Source: Phoronis australis
Lineage: Eukaryota > Animalia > Phoronida
Assembly (NCBI GenBank): GCA_002633005.1
Contig: NMRA01000025.1
Span: 255,846 to 319,845, forward strand
Direction of reading: 5' to 3'
Length of the DNA stretch: 64,000 nt
Numbering within the stretch: position 1 is the stretch's first letter; every line of letters starts with the position of its first letter. The position numbers were made by a program, and so were the translations under genes. Below the pieces are notes generated by a model, which worked only from the letters and a program-made list of their open reading frames with translations, was not told where the DNA came from and did no database searches. Shown here in pieces: positions 27,001 to 36,759 of this stretch.

Positions 27001-27968
27001 AGACTTTTCTTTATTACAAAAGCAGGGACGTGATGGAAGAAAAGAACTGGATTGTTTTCACTTAAACAGCTATAACTGCAAGGTTGACTTGTCGGGTAAG
27101 CAGAGTGTGCTTTTTAACAACAGATCTCGTTAATTTGGGATTTACAGTTCATGTGAAGGAAACGTGAATAGAACAGAGGATAACCAAGATATGTTTTGAA
27201 ACAACTATGAAGTAAAACATTCTAAATTTCTTTGAAACATACTTTTTGCGAAAACTGCAAGGAAAGCCAGCACACATGAGTAGCACTGCCACTGGTTTCT
27301 GAGTCTGACATAGACAGTGCCACCATCTCGACTGGCCCATACTGAGAAGCTTTTCGGCGAATTTTGCCTCACACTGATTAAAACATCAAAGTCACGTTGC
27401 TATAAGTAACGTATTTGCCTAATAAGCGCCCATGCCCCTATAAGCGCCCCCCCACATTTTCCGACTTCGCTAAAATAAGTGCCAGGCCCATGAACCTGTG
27501 TGCATCGAAAAATGCCTTACCTACAGTTCTAAAATTCTACAGTAACATTGTCAATTTATCAATTATATCCGACAGTCCTGAAAAAATCATTGTGCGCAGA
27601 ATTTCTAAACCACCAGCCTCGCCGCTATGCCGGTATTTAGTCATGACTGTACCCTTCAAACTTCCGCAGTGCTTCAAAAAGAACGCAGAAGTTTTGCTGA
27701 TCTTGCAAGGAACGTGTCCCACTATGGTCAGGCCTTTCAGAAAAGACGCAGCGCACTTGTTAACTGGATTGTACTGTATCTTTCCCGAATAAATCTTCTC
27801 CCTCAACAGGAATCCAGATTTCTTTGTACACGTGAAAACCACGAATCGAAGACTAATAAAAAACTTGACCAGTTTTAAAAGCACGTGGGCAGGAAGCGTA
27901 GGCTACATACATGTAGGCCTACTACTCTGGCAAATGAACTCTGATGACATGCATGCGGTCGCTCACTC

Positions 27969-28020
<52 letters not shown>

Positions 28021-30744
28021 TCAAAACAACCGTCACGTGACAACATGTGTGTTCGTCCAGATTTTTCTCATGTTGCAGGGTGCGATCTAGCACAGATTTG
28101 GACTTAATCTGCAGTTAATCCCGACTCCACAGGAACTTAAAAATCTTAGGGATGCTATTTGGAAAACTTAAGGAGGATTTAAGGTAATTTGTTGAGTCGA
28201 AACTGTATTTTTATTCAAGAATTCAACTTGCCCTATCAACAATCGCGAGGCAGCGAAACATCAGTCGGTGAGTTTTCGCCCTGAGATTTCTGCACAATTT
28301 TCTGATAAAAGTATCATAATTTAACAACGAACTTTGATAGCAATGTGCAGTGAACCAGTGCATCTGTTACATGAGGTTTGATTGGATAGTCAGGTTCGCG
28401 GGCTTTTCTACTATCATGGCTCTGATTGGAGAATGGATGGAACCTGCAGGGAGGGATGATGTAACAATGACGTAACGACCTCGTGGTTCACTCGTTCTTT
28501 GTACTTGAGACTCAACGGAGACAAGACGGGTATATCCAACGTAAATCCAACCATCATTAGTGCTTCAATTTACTTTACGGTATCAGAGACTAGAATACAT
28601 CCAGTTAGGTAAGCTGTCTTCTATATATCTAATATAATAGAGTAATGTGGTAATGGTGGCACACAACAAATGCACCACAATTGTGAGGAAAGTCAGTCGT
28701 AGGTTACAGATACAACACGAAGCGTAAATTTGATGAATCCTAGGCTAAGACCTAGCCTCCGATTTCACCCGTTTCGGAAACCGGGTTTCAACCGCCTTAG
28801 GCTACAATGAGTGCCCTCCCCCCGTAACAAAATTTCTAAGCGTCTTGGACGCTTACTACGACGAATATGGTACCTTTTGTGAATAAAGGGACACCTTAAG
28901 AGGCCGTCGATGTCTGTAATTCCTACCAACTCGAACGAATACCGTAATCAAACTTTTTTTGAGCAGTCCCACGTTCAGTTTCCCAAACCTGCAACTAGCC
29001 ATTTTTAACACTGCTTGCGCTCCAGACACGCGGTAAAAATAGGCGTGCATGCACTGTAAAAATGGCCAGTTGCCGATTTGGGCAACTCAACGATGACGGG
29101 AGTATTTACTCAAGTTGGAAAAAAATAAAGATACCGATGGCCTCCTCAAAAGATGTCCCTCTATGTGCAAAAGGTACTCGTAGTAACATGACTTTGATGT
29201 TTATCAGACAGAGCGAGGCATAATAGCGGAGTTGCAACGCTGCCATATTGGAAATGGGTCAGAATGTTGCATTGTGGTTAAGCCGGTAAACAAGTACGTC
29301 GGCAAGCGTAGGGGCGAACCGGCCACAGGGAGGTTATACGTGTTGTGTGCCTGGCATGCTATAATACCAGTTAGCGAAATAAAAAATTTAGTTACTACCT
29401 GTTTCCCAAGGATCAAGAACTGCGTTAAACATGGGTCAGAGACATCGGTAGAGCTGGTAGCAAAGGCCGACTTCGTGAATTCTTTCCGACTTCGTAGCAT
29501 AAAGTGTGCAGCGCTCATTTTGAGGGCGGCAAGAAAACNNNNNNNNNNNNNNNNNNNNNNNNNNNNNNNNNNNNNNNNNNNNNNNNNNNNNNNNNNNNNN
29601 NNNNNNNNNNNNNNNNNNNNNNNNNNNNNNNNNNNNNNNNNNNNNNNNNNNNNNNNNNNNNNNNNNNNNNNNNNNNNNNNNNNNNNNNNNNNNNNNNNNN
29701 NNNNNNNNNNNNNNNNNNNNNNNNNNNNNNNNNNNNNNNNNNNNNNNNNNNNNNNNNNNNNNNNNNNNNNNNNNNNNNNNNNNNNNNNNNNNNNNNNNNN
29801 NNNNNNNNNNNNNNNNNNNNNNNNNNNNNNNNNNNNNNNNNNNNNNNNNNNNNNNNNNNNNNNNNNNNNNNNNNNNNNNNNNNNNNNNNNNNNNNNNNNN
29901 NNNNNNNNNNNNNNNNNNNNNNNNNNNNNNNNNNNNNNNNNNNNNNNNNNNNNNNNNNNNNNNNNNNNNNNNNNNNNNNNNNNNNNNNNNNNNNNNNNNN
30001 NNNNNNNNNNNNNNNNNNNNNNNNNNNNNNNNNNNNNNNNNNNNNNNNNNNNNNNNNNNNNNNNNNNNNNNNNNNNNNNNNNNNNNNNNNNNNNNNNNNN
30101 NNNNNNNNNNNNNNNNNNNNNNNNNNNNNNNNNNNNNNNNNNNNNNNNNNNNNNNNNNNNNNNNNNNNNNNNNNNNNNNNNNNNNNNNNNNNNNNNNNNN
30201 NNNNNNNNNNNNNNNNNNNNNNNNNNNNNNNNNNNNNNNNNNNNNNNNNNNNNNNNNNNNNNNNNNNNNNNNNNNNNNNNNNNNNNNNNNNNNNNNNNNN
30301 TTTAGCAAAGTCTGAAAACGCGTTGGGGCACTTGTTGAGCCATGGGCGCTAATTAGGGCGAATAGCGGCAGAATTACATACAGCAGCGTAGTTTAATGCA
30401 CACAAATTACACGTCGTGCAAACCAGTCGGTCATCCCGTTTACCATCAACAATCCCGGTAGCCTTTGCGCACCCTAATTTCCGGACATGCGCAATCGTTA
30501 AATCGATTCGGTTGCAACTCCGCTATTCAGCTATTGTCAATTGATACATTTGCCGAAAAGTTTCCTGCGTAACAAGCTCCTGCAAACCTTTTCCTTCTTT
30601 CACATCTGCAAAGTATTCGGACAAAGTCTTGTTGTCTGCACATCCCATACTGCCTTCCCAAGGACTACCGAGGCAGTCGCCTGTCACAGCGCCGACCAAA
30701 CAACCCTGAAATCTTGAAAGCATTCTGAAACGAACACTTATCAT
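14975..30744 (-). CDS. ADPRS: ADP-ribosylhydrolase ARH3 (ADPRS/ADPRHL2), whole gene span, 9 coding exons, about 361 aa
   Basis: Exons 30744-30588, 26447-26330, 25896-25821, 23578-23432, 22420-22233, 21659-21559, 18864-18779, 17307-17217 and 15096-14975 join through GT-AG introns with matching phases (1086 nt including stop). ARH3 motifs: RFQGCLVGAVTGDCLGSPWE, YTDDTAMA, DRGYGGGV, GSYGNGGAMR, ELTHA, SVPTAIYAFL, ISLGGDTDTIASMAGAIAGA. Confidence 0.95.
15535..16350. mobile_element. PIF/Harbinger-like MITE in ADPRS intron 8, TSD TCA
   Basis: TIRs GGGCTGTTCCAGCAAAATCTGTATGGGAGGGGG / CCCCCTCCCACACGGATTTTACTGGAACAGCCC flanked by TCA on both sides. Confidence 0.8.
17217..17307 (-). CDS. ADPRS: ADPRS exon 8 (LTSPFERTIGYAISLGGDTDTIASMAGAIA)
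   Basis: Catalytic GGDTDT motif; acceptor gtttcag, donor G|gtcagt. Confidence 0.95.
18779..18864 (-). CDS. ADPRS: ADPRS exon 7 (NYISAIGSVPTAIYAFLRSTHPVEDMEL)
   Basis: SVPTAIY motif; acceptor ttcccag, donor TTG|gtgagt. Confidence 0.92.
19057..19138 (-). pseudogene. Degenerate duplicate of ADPRS exon 8 (LTSTFERIIGHAIPLGGDTYTI) within intron 6
   Basis: 53/66 nt identical to 17307-17242 plus similar upstream intron sequence; acceptor CAG changed to CAA. Confidence 0.85.
19744..20871 (-). mobile_element. DINE-1/HINE-like non-autonomous Helentron (spans an N gap)
   Basis: Subterminal inverted repeats ATGCGCCCACA (19768) and TGTGGGCGCAT (20856); 5' hairpin 20837-20866; (CCGT)n microsatellite; 3' stem-loop CAACGC-aga-GCGTTG followed by CTCTTGT. 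Confidence 0.8.
20288..20594. other. Assembly gap (N run)
   Basis: Read directly. Confidence 0.98.
21559..21659 (-). CDS. ADPRS: ADPRS exon 6 (QSGPQTYTDKLQVIKSYLQCDQRPSSQDVVGRLG)
   Basis: Similar to human PYSSRLKKI...EEVVSELG; acceptor gtttcag, donor G|gtactg; phases 2/1 fit. Confidence 0.88.
22233..22420 (-). CDS. ADPRS: ADPRS exon 5 (YLVRRATELTHANATGVLGAILQCLAVRQAL...CEG)
   Basis: LTH..GAILQ motif; acceptor tttttag, donor GG|gtaagt. Confidence 0.92.
22571..23163 (+). mobile_element. Decayed Tc1/mariner-superfamily transposase (C-terminal part) in ADPRS intron 4
   Basis: Fragments GISGPCCFD...TVNYEHYDTVLSKF*, PHTATMTLDWI*QRF and PDFNPIKVYL*GYLKHRVYTNNPNSTDELKIEI match the SPDLNPLDFFLWGYLK region; TIR-like end GGTCACTCTG. 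Confidence 0.8.
23432..23578 (-). CDS. ADPRS: ADPRS exon 4 (AHFEKG...QFGGSGSYGNGGAMRIAPAGLF...EME)
   Basis: SYGNGGAMR motif; acceptor cttgcag, donor GAG|gtacat. Confidence 0.93.
24199..24749. mobile_element. MITE with GTGCTTTCCCATTA terminal inverted repeats
   Basis: Perfect 14-bp TIR extending imperfectly to about 40 bp. Confidence 0.65.
25333..25687. mobile_element. Kolobok-like MITE (TTAA site); relative at about 7520-8100
   Basis: TTAA|AGGTGCATTTTGC...GCGAAGTGCCCCT|TTAT; interior AAATTGCAA.TTTGAAAATGGTGCA shared with about 7935. Confidence 0.5.
25821..25896 (-). CDS. ADPRS: ADPRS exon 3 (FQEEYFKEPDRGYGGGVITVFEMFK)
   Basis: PDRGYG motif; acceptor attcag, donor AAG|gtgggt. Confidence 0.93.
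26330..26447 (-). CDS. ADPRS: ADPRS exon 2 (VSRHVGASQISYTDDTAMARSVAESLIKNQGLNSKDLAFR)
   Basis: Mg-binding TDD motif; acceptor tgtacag, donor AG|gtaaac. Confidence 0.93.
27971..28016 (+). repeat. (CA)23 microsatellite
   Basis: Read directly. Confidence 0.95.
29329..29538 (+). pseudogene. Decayed THAP zinc-finger domain, probably transposon-derived, truncated by the gap
   Basis: GGYTCCVPG/CYNTS*RNKKFSYYLFPKDQELR*TWVRDIGR...F.PTS*HKVCSAHFEGGKK: C2CH residues plus FP, W and CSxHF; 1 frameshift and 3 stops. Confidence 0.8.
29539..30300. other. Assembly gap (N run)
   Basis: Read directly. Confidence 0.98.
30588..30744 (-). CDS. ADPRS: ADPRS exon 1 (MISVRFRMLSRFQGCLVGAVTGDCLGSPWEG...KEGK)
   Basis: ARH3 N-terminal motif; donor AAG|GTTTGC, phase 1, matches exon 2; alternative start ATG at 30723. 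Confidence 0.88.
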
Positions 30745-31009
30745 ATCATGATGTTTTCACCGGAAGTTCTTTTATAAAAACACTGACCTCTTGCGATCAC
30801 TATCTAAACTAGGCCTAGTTGCCACTTCCGTCTAAAGTTCCACTAGATAGCCCACAGCCGGGTAACTTCAGAGGTAACTAGGCTTACGGTATCCCCTTGA
30901 CGTCACCGGAAAACATCGTCAAAACATTTTCTGGCATTTTCAAGTCGCGTTGCGGGGTTGTTGTAACAGTGATTTTTGTTTTGTGATTTGATCCTAAATA
31001 TTAATTAAA
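30745..31009. promoter_or_regulatory. Bidirectional promoter and 5' UTRs shared by ADPRS and RAB28
   Basis: Divergent ATGs 265 bp apart; ETS sites CCGGAAGT (30760) and CACTTCCG (30823); CRE TGACGTCA (30898) abutting CCGGAA; CpG-rich. Confidence 0.8.
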
Positions 31010-31084
31010 ATGTCAGATTCAGAAGAGGAAGCACCTGACAAACAGTTAAAAATTGTGATTATTGGCGACGGTGCTTCTGGAAAG
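31010..31084 (+). CDS. RAB28: RAB28 exon 1 ([25 protein letters not shown])
   Basis: P-loop; donor AAG|gtaaag. Confidence 0.95.
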
Positions 31085-34000
31085 GTAAAGAATTTGATGT
31101 AATATGGGGTAGAATACTAGAATGTTTGCAAGTGTTATTTAACCACAGATACTCTCATCATCCGCACGACCGTTGTACTACTAATGTTATAGTGTCACTA
31201 TGAGCGGCTGATTAAGGGTGCCTGCGGTTGAATCAAACTCCACAGGCACTCTCAGCAGCTGCTCAATGTTATTTGGCCTGTCTCACTGTCATGACGAATG
31301 ATTAAATTTGCCTGTGTTTGAACTTGAGTAGTTGTGAGTTAGTTCACCTTGTTGTTAATTTGTAGTTGTAGGCCTACTTGTAAAGTTGTGTTTTGTGAGT
31401 GTGAGTGTTTTTTGTTGCTCTGTCACCAACCAGGGGGTTCGATACTAAAAATTGCGTTATAGCAACTGTCAGGGAAGTGCTCCCCAGAATTATCGTCTAC
31501 TGAACTGAAAATGAAGGTGTAAGTAAACCCGGCAGCGGCATAAAGCAACGCAAACTAGAATATCTCCCCCACACACCGAAAAACATGTTTGCACTTCACT
31601 TAGCATCATACGAGTAATCTTTCATTCATATTTTTTACTTTTTACATTTGTGTTTTAGAGTGCTTTAGACTTTTGATGGATATTTTTCAACAAGTATTTT
31701 CTATTTCAAATTGCATACTTGAACTCAAATACACACCAAAATGTCATGTGTTATTCTTGGTGGAACTGCTCATATGATTAAAATTTTCAATTTCCAGACA
31801 TCAGTGGCTACACGATACTCACAAGAACAGTTTGGCAAGCAGTATCATCAAACAATGGGACTGGACTTCTTCCTTAAGCGTATAATGTTACCTGGTGAGT
31901 AAAGGTAGATCGTGCAGTTTCAGTCGTTGAGAAAAGACAAAGTCGCTTCTGACATCGCCAATTCAAAGTTGAGGTCGCCAAAATGTATTCAGTACCCAAA
32001 CATCCAATAGGTTTCTCATTCCAGTGTTTTTCGTGTCCCATCATGGCTAAGCTGGAATTTTCCTAATTGTTCTCGAGCGAGTTTCATTGAGCTGGTGTTT
32101 ACCATGTACTTTTTTGATAGTTATAGGTCAATACCAGAAACTACCTTTACTGTGTCAGCTCTGGACATGGCCCTGCTTTTATGTGCTGCTCTATAACAAC
32201 ACCAGATGACAATCTGTTGGAACTGCTAGTGATAGTGAAGGCACTTATAAAAATGATAACAATATGTGCAATGAGGTAAATTTGATTTGCTCGCTTTACT
32301 GCTGTCGCAGCAGTAATTGGAAAGTGCCAAAACATTACTTCACATGATGTTTTGTTTTTTTCAGGCGGGATCAATGTTGCTTTACAAGTATGGGACATCG
32401 GTGGACAGACCCTAGGTGGCGCTATGATAGATAAATATATATATGGAGCGCATGTGAGTTGCATTCAGTGGTGCAAGCTTTTAGTGCGCTTCCTGTTGGG
32501 TGGGTGCAAATGCACTCTTCAGACGATTTCCCGAAACTGTTTTGTTGTCATGGTGACCGTGCTCTCTCGCGTTCCTGTATTTTTCTTGATCTGTTTGCCA
32601 CATTACTTTAATTTGGTGACTTTCTTCTACGGCGCTGATGTCCTTTTTCAAATGCATTGTGGGACTGTTGTCGGCTCATAAACATCCAGTAACATCCTTG
32701 GAAACCAAGAAACATGTAACCTGATTTATTATAAATTTTGTTTTAGATGGCGAGGTTTGACTTTAGAGTGATAGGATGGCACGTGTCTTGAGAATATTTT
32801 GCATAAGATTGCTAAAAGTCTGTGTGACTGTTCTTTCAATGCATTGTGAGCCTCACTTTCAGTTTGTTTTATTTTTGTATGATGGTTGTTTAGTCCTACT
32901 CTAACCAAAAAGCATGTTACAGTGGACCCGAGTTTTCAGTTATGGTTAGCTGTTTTCTGTCATTGTCTATAAGTCATCAAGTTATCTGTGATGTCACTAG
33001 ATGTTTAATAGCCGACGAGCATCCTACAATGTATTTGAAAAAAACAACAGCAGTGCTGTACCTGAAATTCTCCAAATTTAATTTAAAAGTTACAGTTTGT
33101 GTGCCTTTTGTACTAGCATTGACCATTTTGTGGATTTTCAAAATTTAACTATATAAGGTTAAAAAGCACAGTTGGTGTTTGTCTGTACCCCGAATAATTT
33201 TGAGACCACCACTCAACAACTGAAACAAATCAAAAACGCTCACCCGCATCAATTTCAACCAATCTTTCTTTTGTTTTTAAAAGCTGTGCAATAGTTACTA
33301 CACATAAGCAAGGTTTGAAATGTCATGATTTGCCAAGCAATGAATAAACAAAAAAAAAAACGAATACCACATTATTTTCGCTCGCCTTGGGGATTTTCTT
33401 TTTAGAAAAAATGATGAATAAAATATTGCACTACCATCAAAATTTTCAAAAGAAAACACAGACCAGAACCAAGTGTGCTTTGTTTGTATATGTGTGTGCG
33501 TGTGCGCGTGTGCGTGTTGGTGTCAACAAATACCAGTAAGCAAAAGACCTATCTGGACATTTATTACCCTAAATTTGCCTATCTGTTCTTGCCACTAAGC
33601 GTCATCTCCGACTGTCAACAGGGATGTTTTCAATAGAAACACATGGAATTGGCTACCATCGTTACCAGGAATCAAATTTTGTATTAATTTTAGACCCATA
33701 AATTTATATATATTTTTAAAATTCTTGGTCACAATCTTGTGAGCACAAAAATAATGCCCAGATGTTTATCACGTGACAGATTCTTTACTGTGCTCTCTAC
33801 AAGAGTGCCTGGGATTCTCTTTTAAAGCCTTTTTTTTCTGAGAATTCTTCTGTCGAAAATGAAGACTTCAACGTTCCTCAAAAAAGTCTTGATTTTTTGC
33901 TGCTGAGCACTCGGATTAAAATTTTAGAAAATTCCAGGTTTTTGTAGTTAATAGAATGACGAAATGGAATATGCAAGTTCGGTATGAAAAAATAATATTG

Positions 34001-36759
34001 TGTTCATGGAAAATATGGCGATGTCTGTGAAAAATCTCTATTTTTGAGAAAATACAATCGTGTTATCGTGAACATTTTGGCATTGCTTTTGTGCACATTA
34101 TGAGATTCTGTGATCTTTCTAGGATTTTGTTTTTTACTTGTTATTTTAACAAACTATCCGTATATCCCATTCGATGGTTTCTGGTGCTTTTTGACAAAAT
34201 GTAGAACTCAAAGATGTTTGCAAATTCATAGACTTTTTAAAATTTCTACTCAAGGAGATGTTTTTAATGAAATCTTATCCTATGACTTAATTCTAAAAGT
34301 GAGTCTGCTCAGTTGCTTGGATATTTATGTGGCTGCAAGTCTTATGGATATAGAAACCTGTATTTTGGAACACTTTGTTCTGGTCAGTTAGCTCTGAGGC
34401 ACTGTACAAGTTTCAAAATTGGTGTCGTTAGAGTTTGTGTCCATTTGGTTTAGAGGCTGGAGTGGATCCCAGTGTTGGGGGATCCTGCCGCAAGATTTGA
34501 CATCTAACCAAGTGTTAAAAGATTGGTCTATTTGGATTTGAAAGTCCATGTTGAGAGTTTGTGAGTGTTGACACAGAATGGTGTGCCACGTTGATAACTC
34601 TTAATCCTGAATTGTTCAGTTATTGTTACATATTTTACAGGGTATACTGTTGGTGTACGACATCACGAATTATTCAAGTTTTGAAAATTTGGAAGACTGG
34701 CTATCTACAGTGAAGAAAGTTTACGAAAATGAAAGTAAACTGCCTCATTTAGCCTTGATAGGCAATAAAAGTAAGTATTTCTGTTTTCAGAAGCTCGGGT
34801 ATTCTACTGATGTGAGAAACTGGTGCAAACCATGATCTGACTTAATTATAACATAAAACAGTGAAAACTTAACTAATGATGGGTGGAAGAAAATTTTAGT
34901 GGTCGAGGCTAAAACTGCATTTCCTCTTTTTGAGGTGTCTGAAGAAACAAAATCCTGACTAGGCGACAATCGGTCTGAGAATTTTCCTTACAGCAGTAGG
35001 ATTGTTTTACTTAGTGAAAGAACACCCTAAACATTTGCATGTTGAAAAGGCTTCAGAAAGTCATGGGACCTGATAGCCCGTCCTTAAGTGACTGCTTCAA
35101 TTGCGGGTTTGTCTCCCAATTGTTTTTTTTTTATCTACGGCGTTGATGTCACTTTTCAAATGCATTTTGGACTAGTTGCTGGGGCATAAACATTCGGTGA
35201 CATCACAGATAACTTGCTCAAAAGATTTACTAATCTATGTTTTAATTCAAAGCATTTTGAGGTTCACTTTGAGTGTTGTCACATTGTTTACATTCCACCA
35301 AATCAACTGTGATGTCACTGGATCTTCACGAAGCAACAAAGGTTCCACAGTGCATTTGAAAAATGACAGATGTGTGTAGTTATTTATTTATTTATTGATG
35401 TGATACTTAAAATGAGGGTAGCCTCATCAGTTCGCACTGCTTTCCATGGGGGCCCTCGTCGTTGACCAAATTCCCAATATGTGAATGGCTGTTGAAGCAG
35501 TTTGCACGTTTCTTTGGTTTCATGAATAAGCAGAAATTGGAAAGGAAATTATGCTTAAAAGTTTCTCGATTTGGGTTTTTCATTCTGCACTGTGTCTAGT
35601 GGTCCTCGGATCTGAGTGACGTTGCCTTAGTATGTACATTTTGCTGGCAGTGGTTAAGCCACATCGCAAACTTTGAGTAACTTGGCGGTTTTCATTCTCA
35701 TTCACACGAGAATTACGAAATCATGAGACCACTTATATCAGTATTCACTGCCATTAAGTGTTAAAAGAGACTTCTCTGTAGATGATGGATTACGCACTAG
35801 TGATGTAGAGTGCATTCCCAAAATACTCTGTGTGTGCATATGTGGTCTGTGTGCATCCTTCACTTATTAGAATGTCTTAACCTGAATGAACTTAAATCCT
35901 AGTGAAATTCAATCTTCATCAAAAATATCGGTGACTGCTTTCAGTTTCTTATATTTTCTTCTTCATCAGGTTATTATATTTTCCACTTTCAGTTGATCTG
36001 GAACACATGAGGACAGTAAAAATTGACAAACACAATCGTTTTGCTCAGGAAAACGGAATGTCTGCTCACTATGTGTCTGCAAAAACTGGTGATTCGGTGA
36101 GATTTGATGCATCTTGTTTTTTATTGTTTTGGTTTTTGAGGTTATTGCTTCATTGAGTAGTTACTAGATTATTGCACAGCCTACTAACGATTGTCATGGC
36201 ATGCTGCAGTGCTATACCAAGTTTTAAGATACAAATTCTTCACTTTCATTTACAATATATCTGGTGGCAAGTGAAGTTTCTCAGGGAAAACTTTTACTTT
36301 GAACATTTACGTGTTAGATGTGACAAAGCTGCCATTATTGATGTAACATTTGGTAAAAATTTGAGCATTTGCAGTCATTAGTCTTTGAAAAATTGACAAC
36401 TGGCCCAATTTCAGCAATTCACTAAAATAAATTTATACCGCTTGTTTTTATTTATTTCCGAAAGTTGTCTGAAATTTCTGATTTTTAGCCATTAAAAATC
36501 ATTTCCGTAGACCATTTTCTTCAAATGTTCTGAGAACTTGCTCGATTCCATAATAGCAATCTCATGTTTTATTCTTTAACAGGTGAATGTATGTTTCCAA
36601 AGGATAGCAGCCGAGATTCTTGGTATAAAATTAACTCGGCCCGAAGTGGAACAAAACTTGCGAGTAGTCAAGGCTGAGATTGTCAAATACAACCAACAGG
36701 AGGCACCACCAGCCAAGGCACAATCACAGACCAAGAGTAGTATGTGTTCTATTCAATAG
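31010..36759 (+). CDS. RAB28: Ras-related protein Rab-28, whole gene span, 6 coding exons, 223 aa
   Basis: Exons 31010-31084, 31798-31894, 32365-32453, 34641-34770, 35993-36096 and 36583-36759 splice in frame (672 nt). Rab28-diagnostic MSDSEEE, GDGASGKT, WDIGGQ, GNKID, SAKTG and C-terminal CAAX CSIQ. Confidence 0.97.
31798..31894 (+). CDS. RAB28: RAB28 exon 2 ([32 protein letters not shown])
   Basis: Switch I; acceptor tttccag, donor G|gtgagt. Confidence 0.95.
32365..32453 (+). CDS. RAB28: RAB28 exon 3 ([30 protein letters not shown])
   Basis: G3 WDIGGQ; acceptor ttttcag, donor gtgagt. Confidence 0.95.
32628..33060. mobile_element. MITE with about 70-bp imperfect TIRs in RAB28 intron 3
   Basis: tacggcgctgatgtcctttttcaaatgcattgtggga... 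versus ...tcctacaatgtatttgaaaaaaacaacagcagtgctgta. Confidence 0.6.
34641..34770 (+). CDS. RAB28: RAB28 exon 4 ([20 protein letters not shown]...LALIGNK)
   Basis: G4 start; acceptor tttacag, donor gtaagt. Confidence 0.95.
35136..35379. mobile_element. Shorter copy of the same MITE in RAB28 intron 4
   Basis: ctacggcgttgatgtcacttttcaaatgcatt...cagtgcatttgaaaaatgacag. Confidence 0.6.
35380..35457 (-). mobile_element. 3' tail of an L2/CR1-like LINE or related SINE
   Basis: GAGGGCCCCCATGGAAAGCAG...CTGATGAGGCTACCCTC followed by an (AATA)n tail. Confidence 0.4.
35993..36096 (+). CDS. RAB28: RAB28 exon 5 ([35 protein letters not shown])
   Basis: G5 SAK; acceptor ctttcag, donor gtgaga. Confidence 0.95.
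36583..36759 (+). CDS. RAB28: RAB28 exon 6, terminal ([17 protein letters not shown]...KSSMCSIQ*)
   Basis: Acceptor ttaacag; CAAX box then TAG. Confidence 0.95.
   Translation: MNVCFQRIAAEILGIKLTRPEVEQNLRVVKAEIVKYNQQEAPPAKAQSQTKSSMCSIQ

Larger units (their letters stand above)
27409..30368. mobile_element. About 3-kb TIR element (CCGTATT..CCTAATAAGCGCCCATG ends, TcMar/pogo-like) in ADPRS intron 1
   Basis: Left acgtatttgcctaataagcgcccatg; right catgggcgctaattagggcgaatagcgg; spans an N gap, so continuity is unproven. Confidence 0.55.

Noticed and set aside
29232-30352. ORFs of 282-357 aa
   Set aside because: Mostly X from the gap; the real signal is a broken THAP domain in other frames
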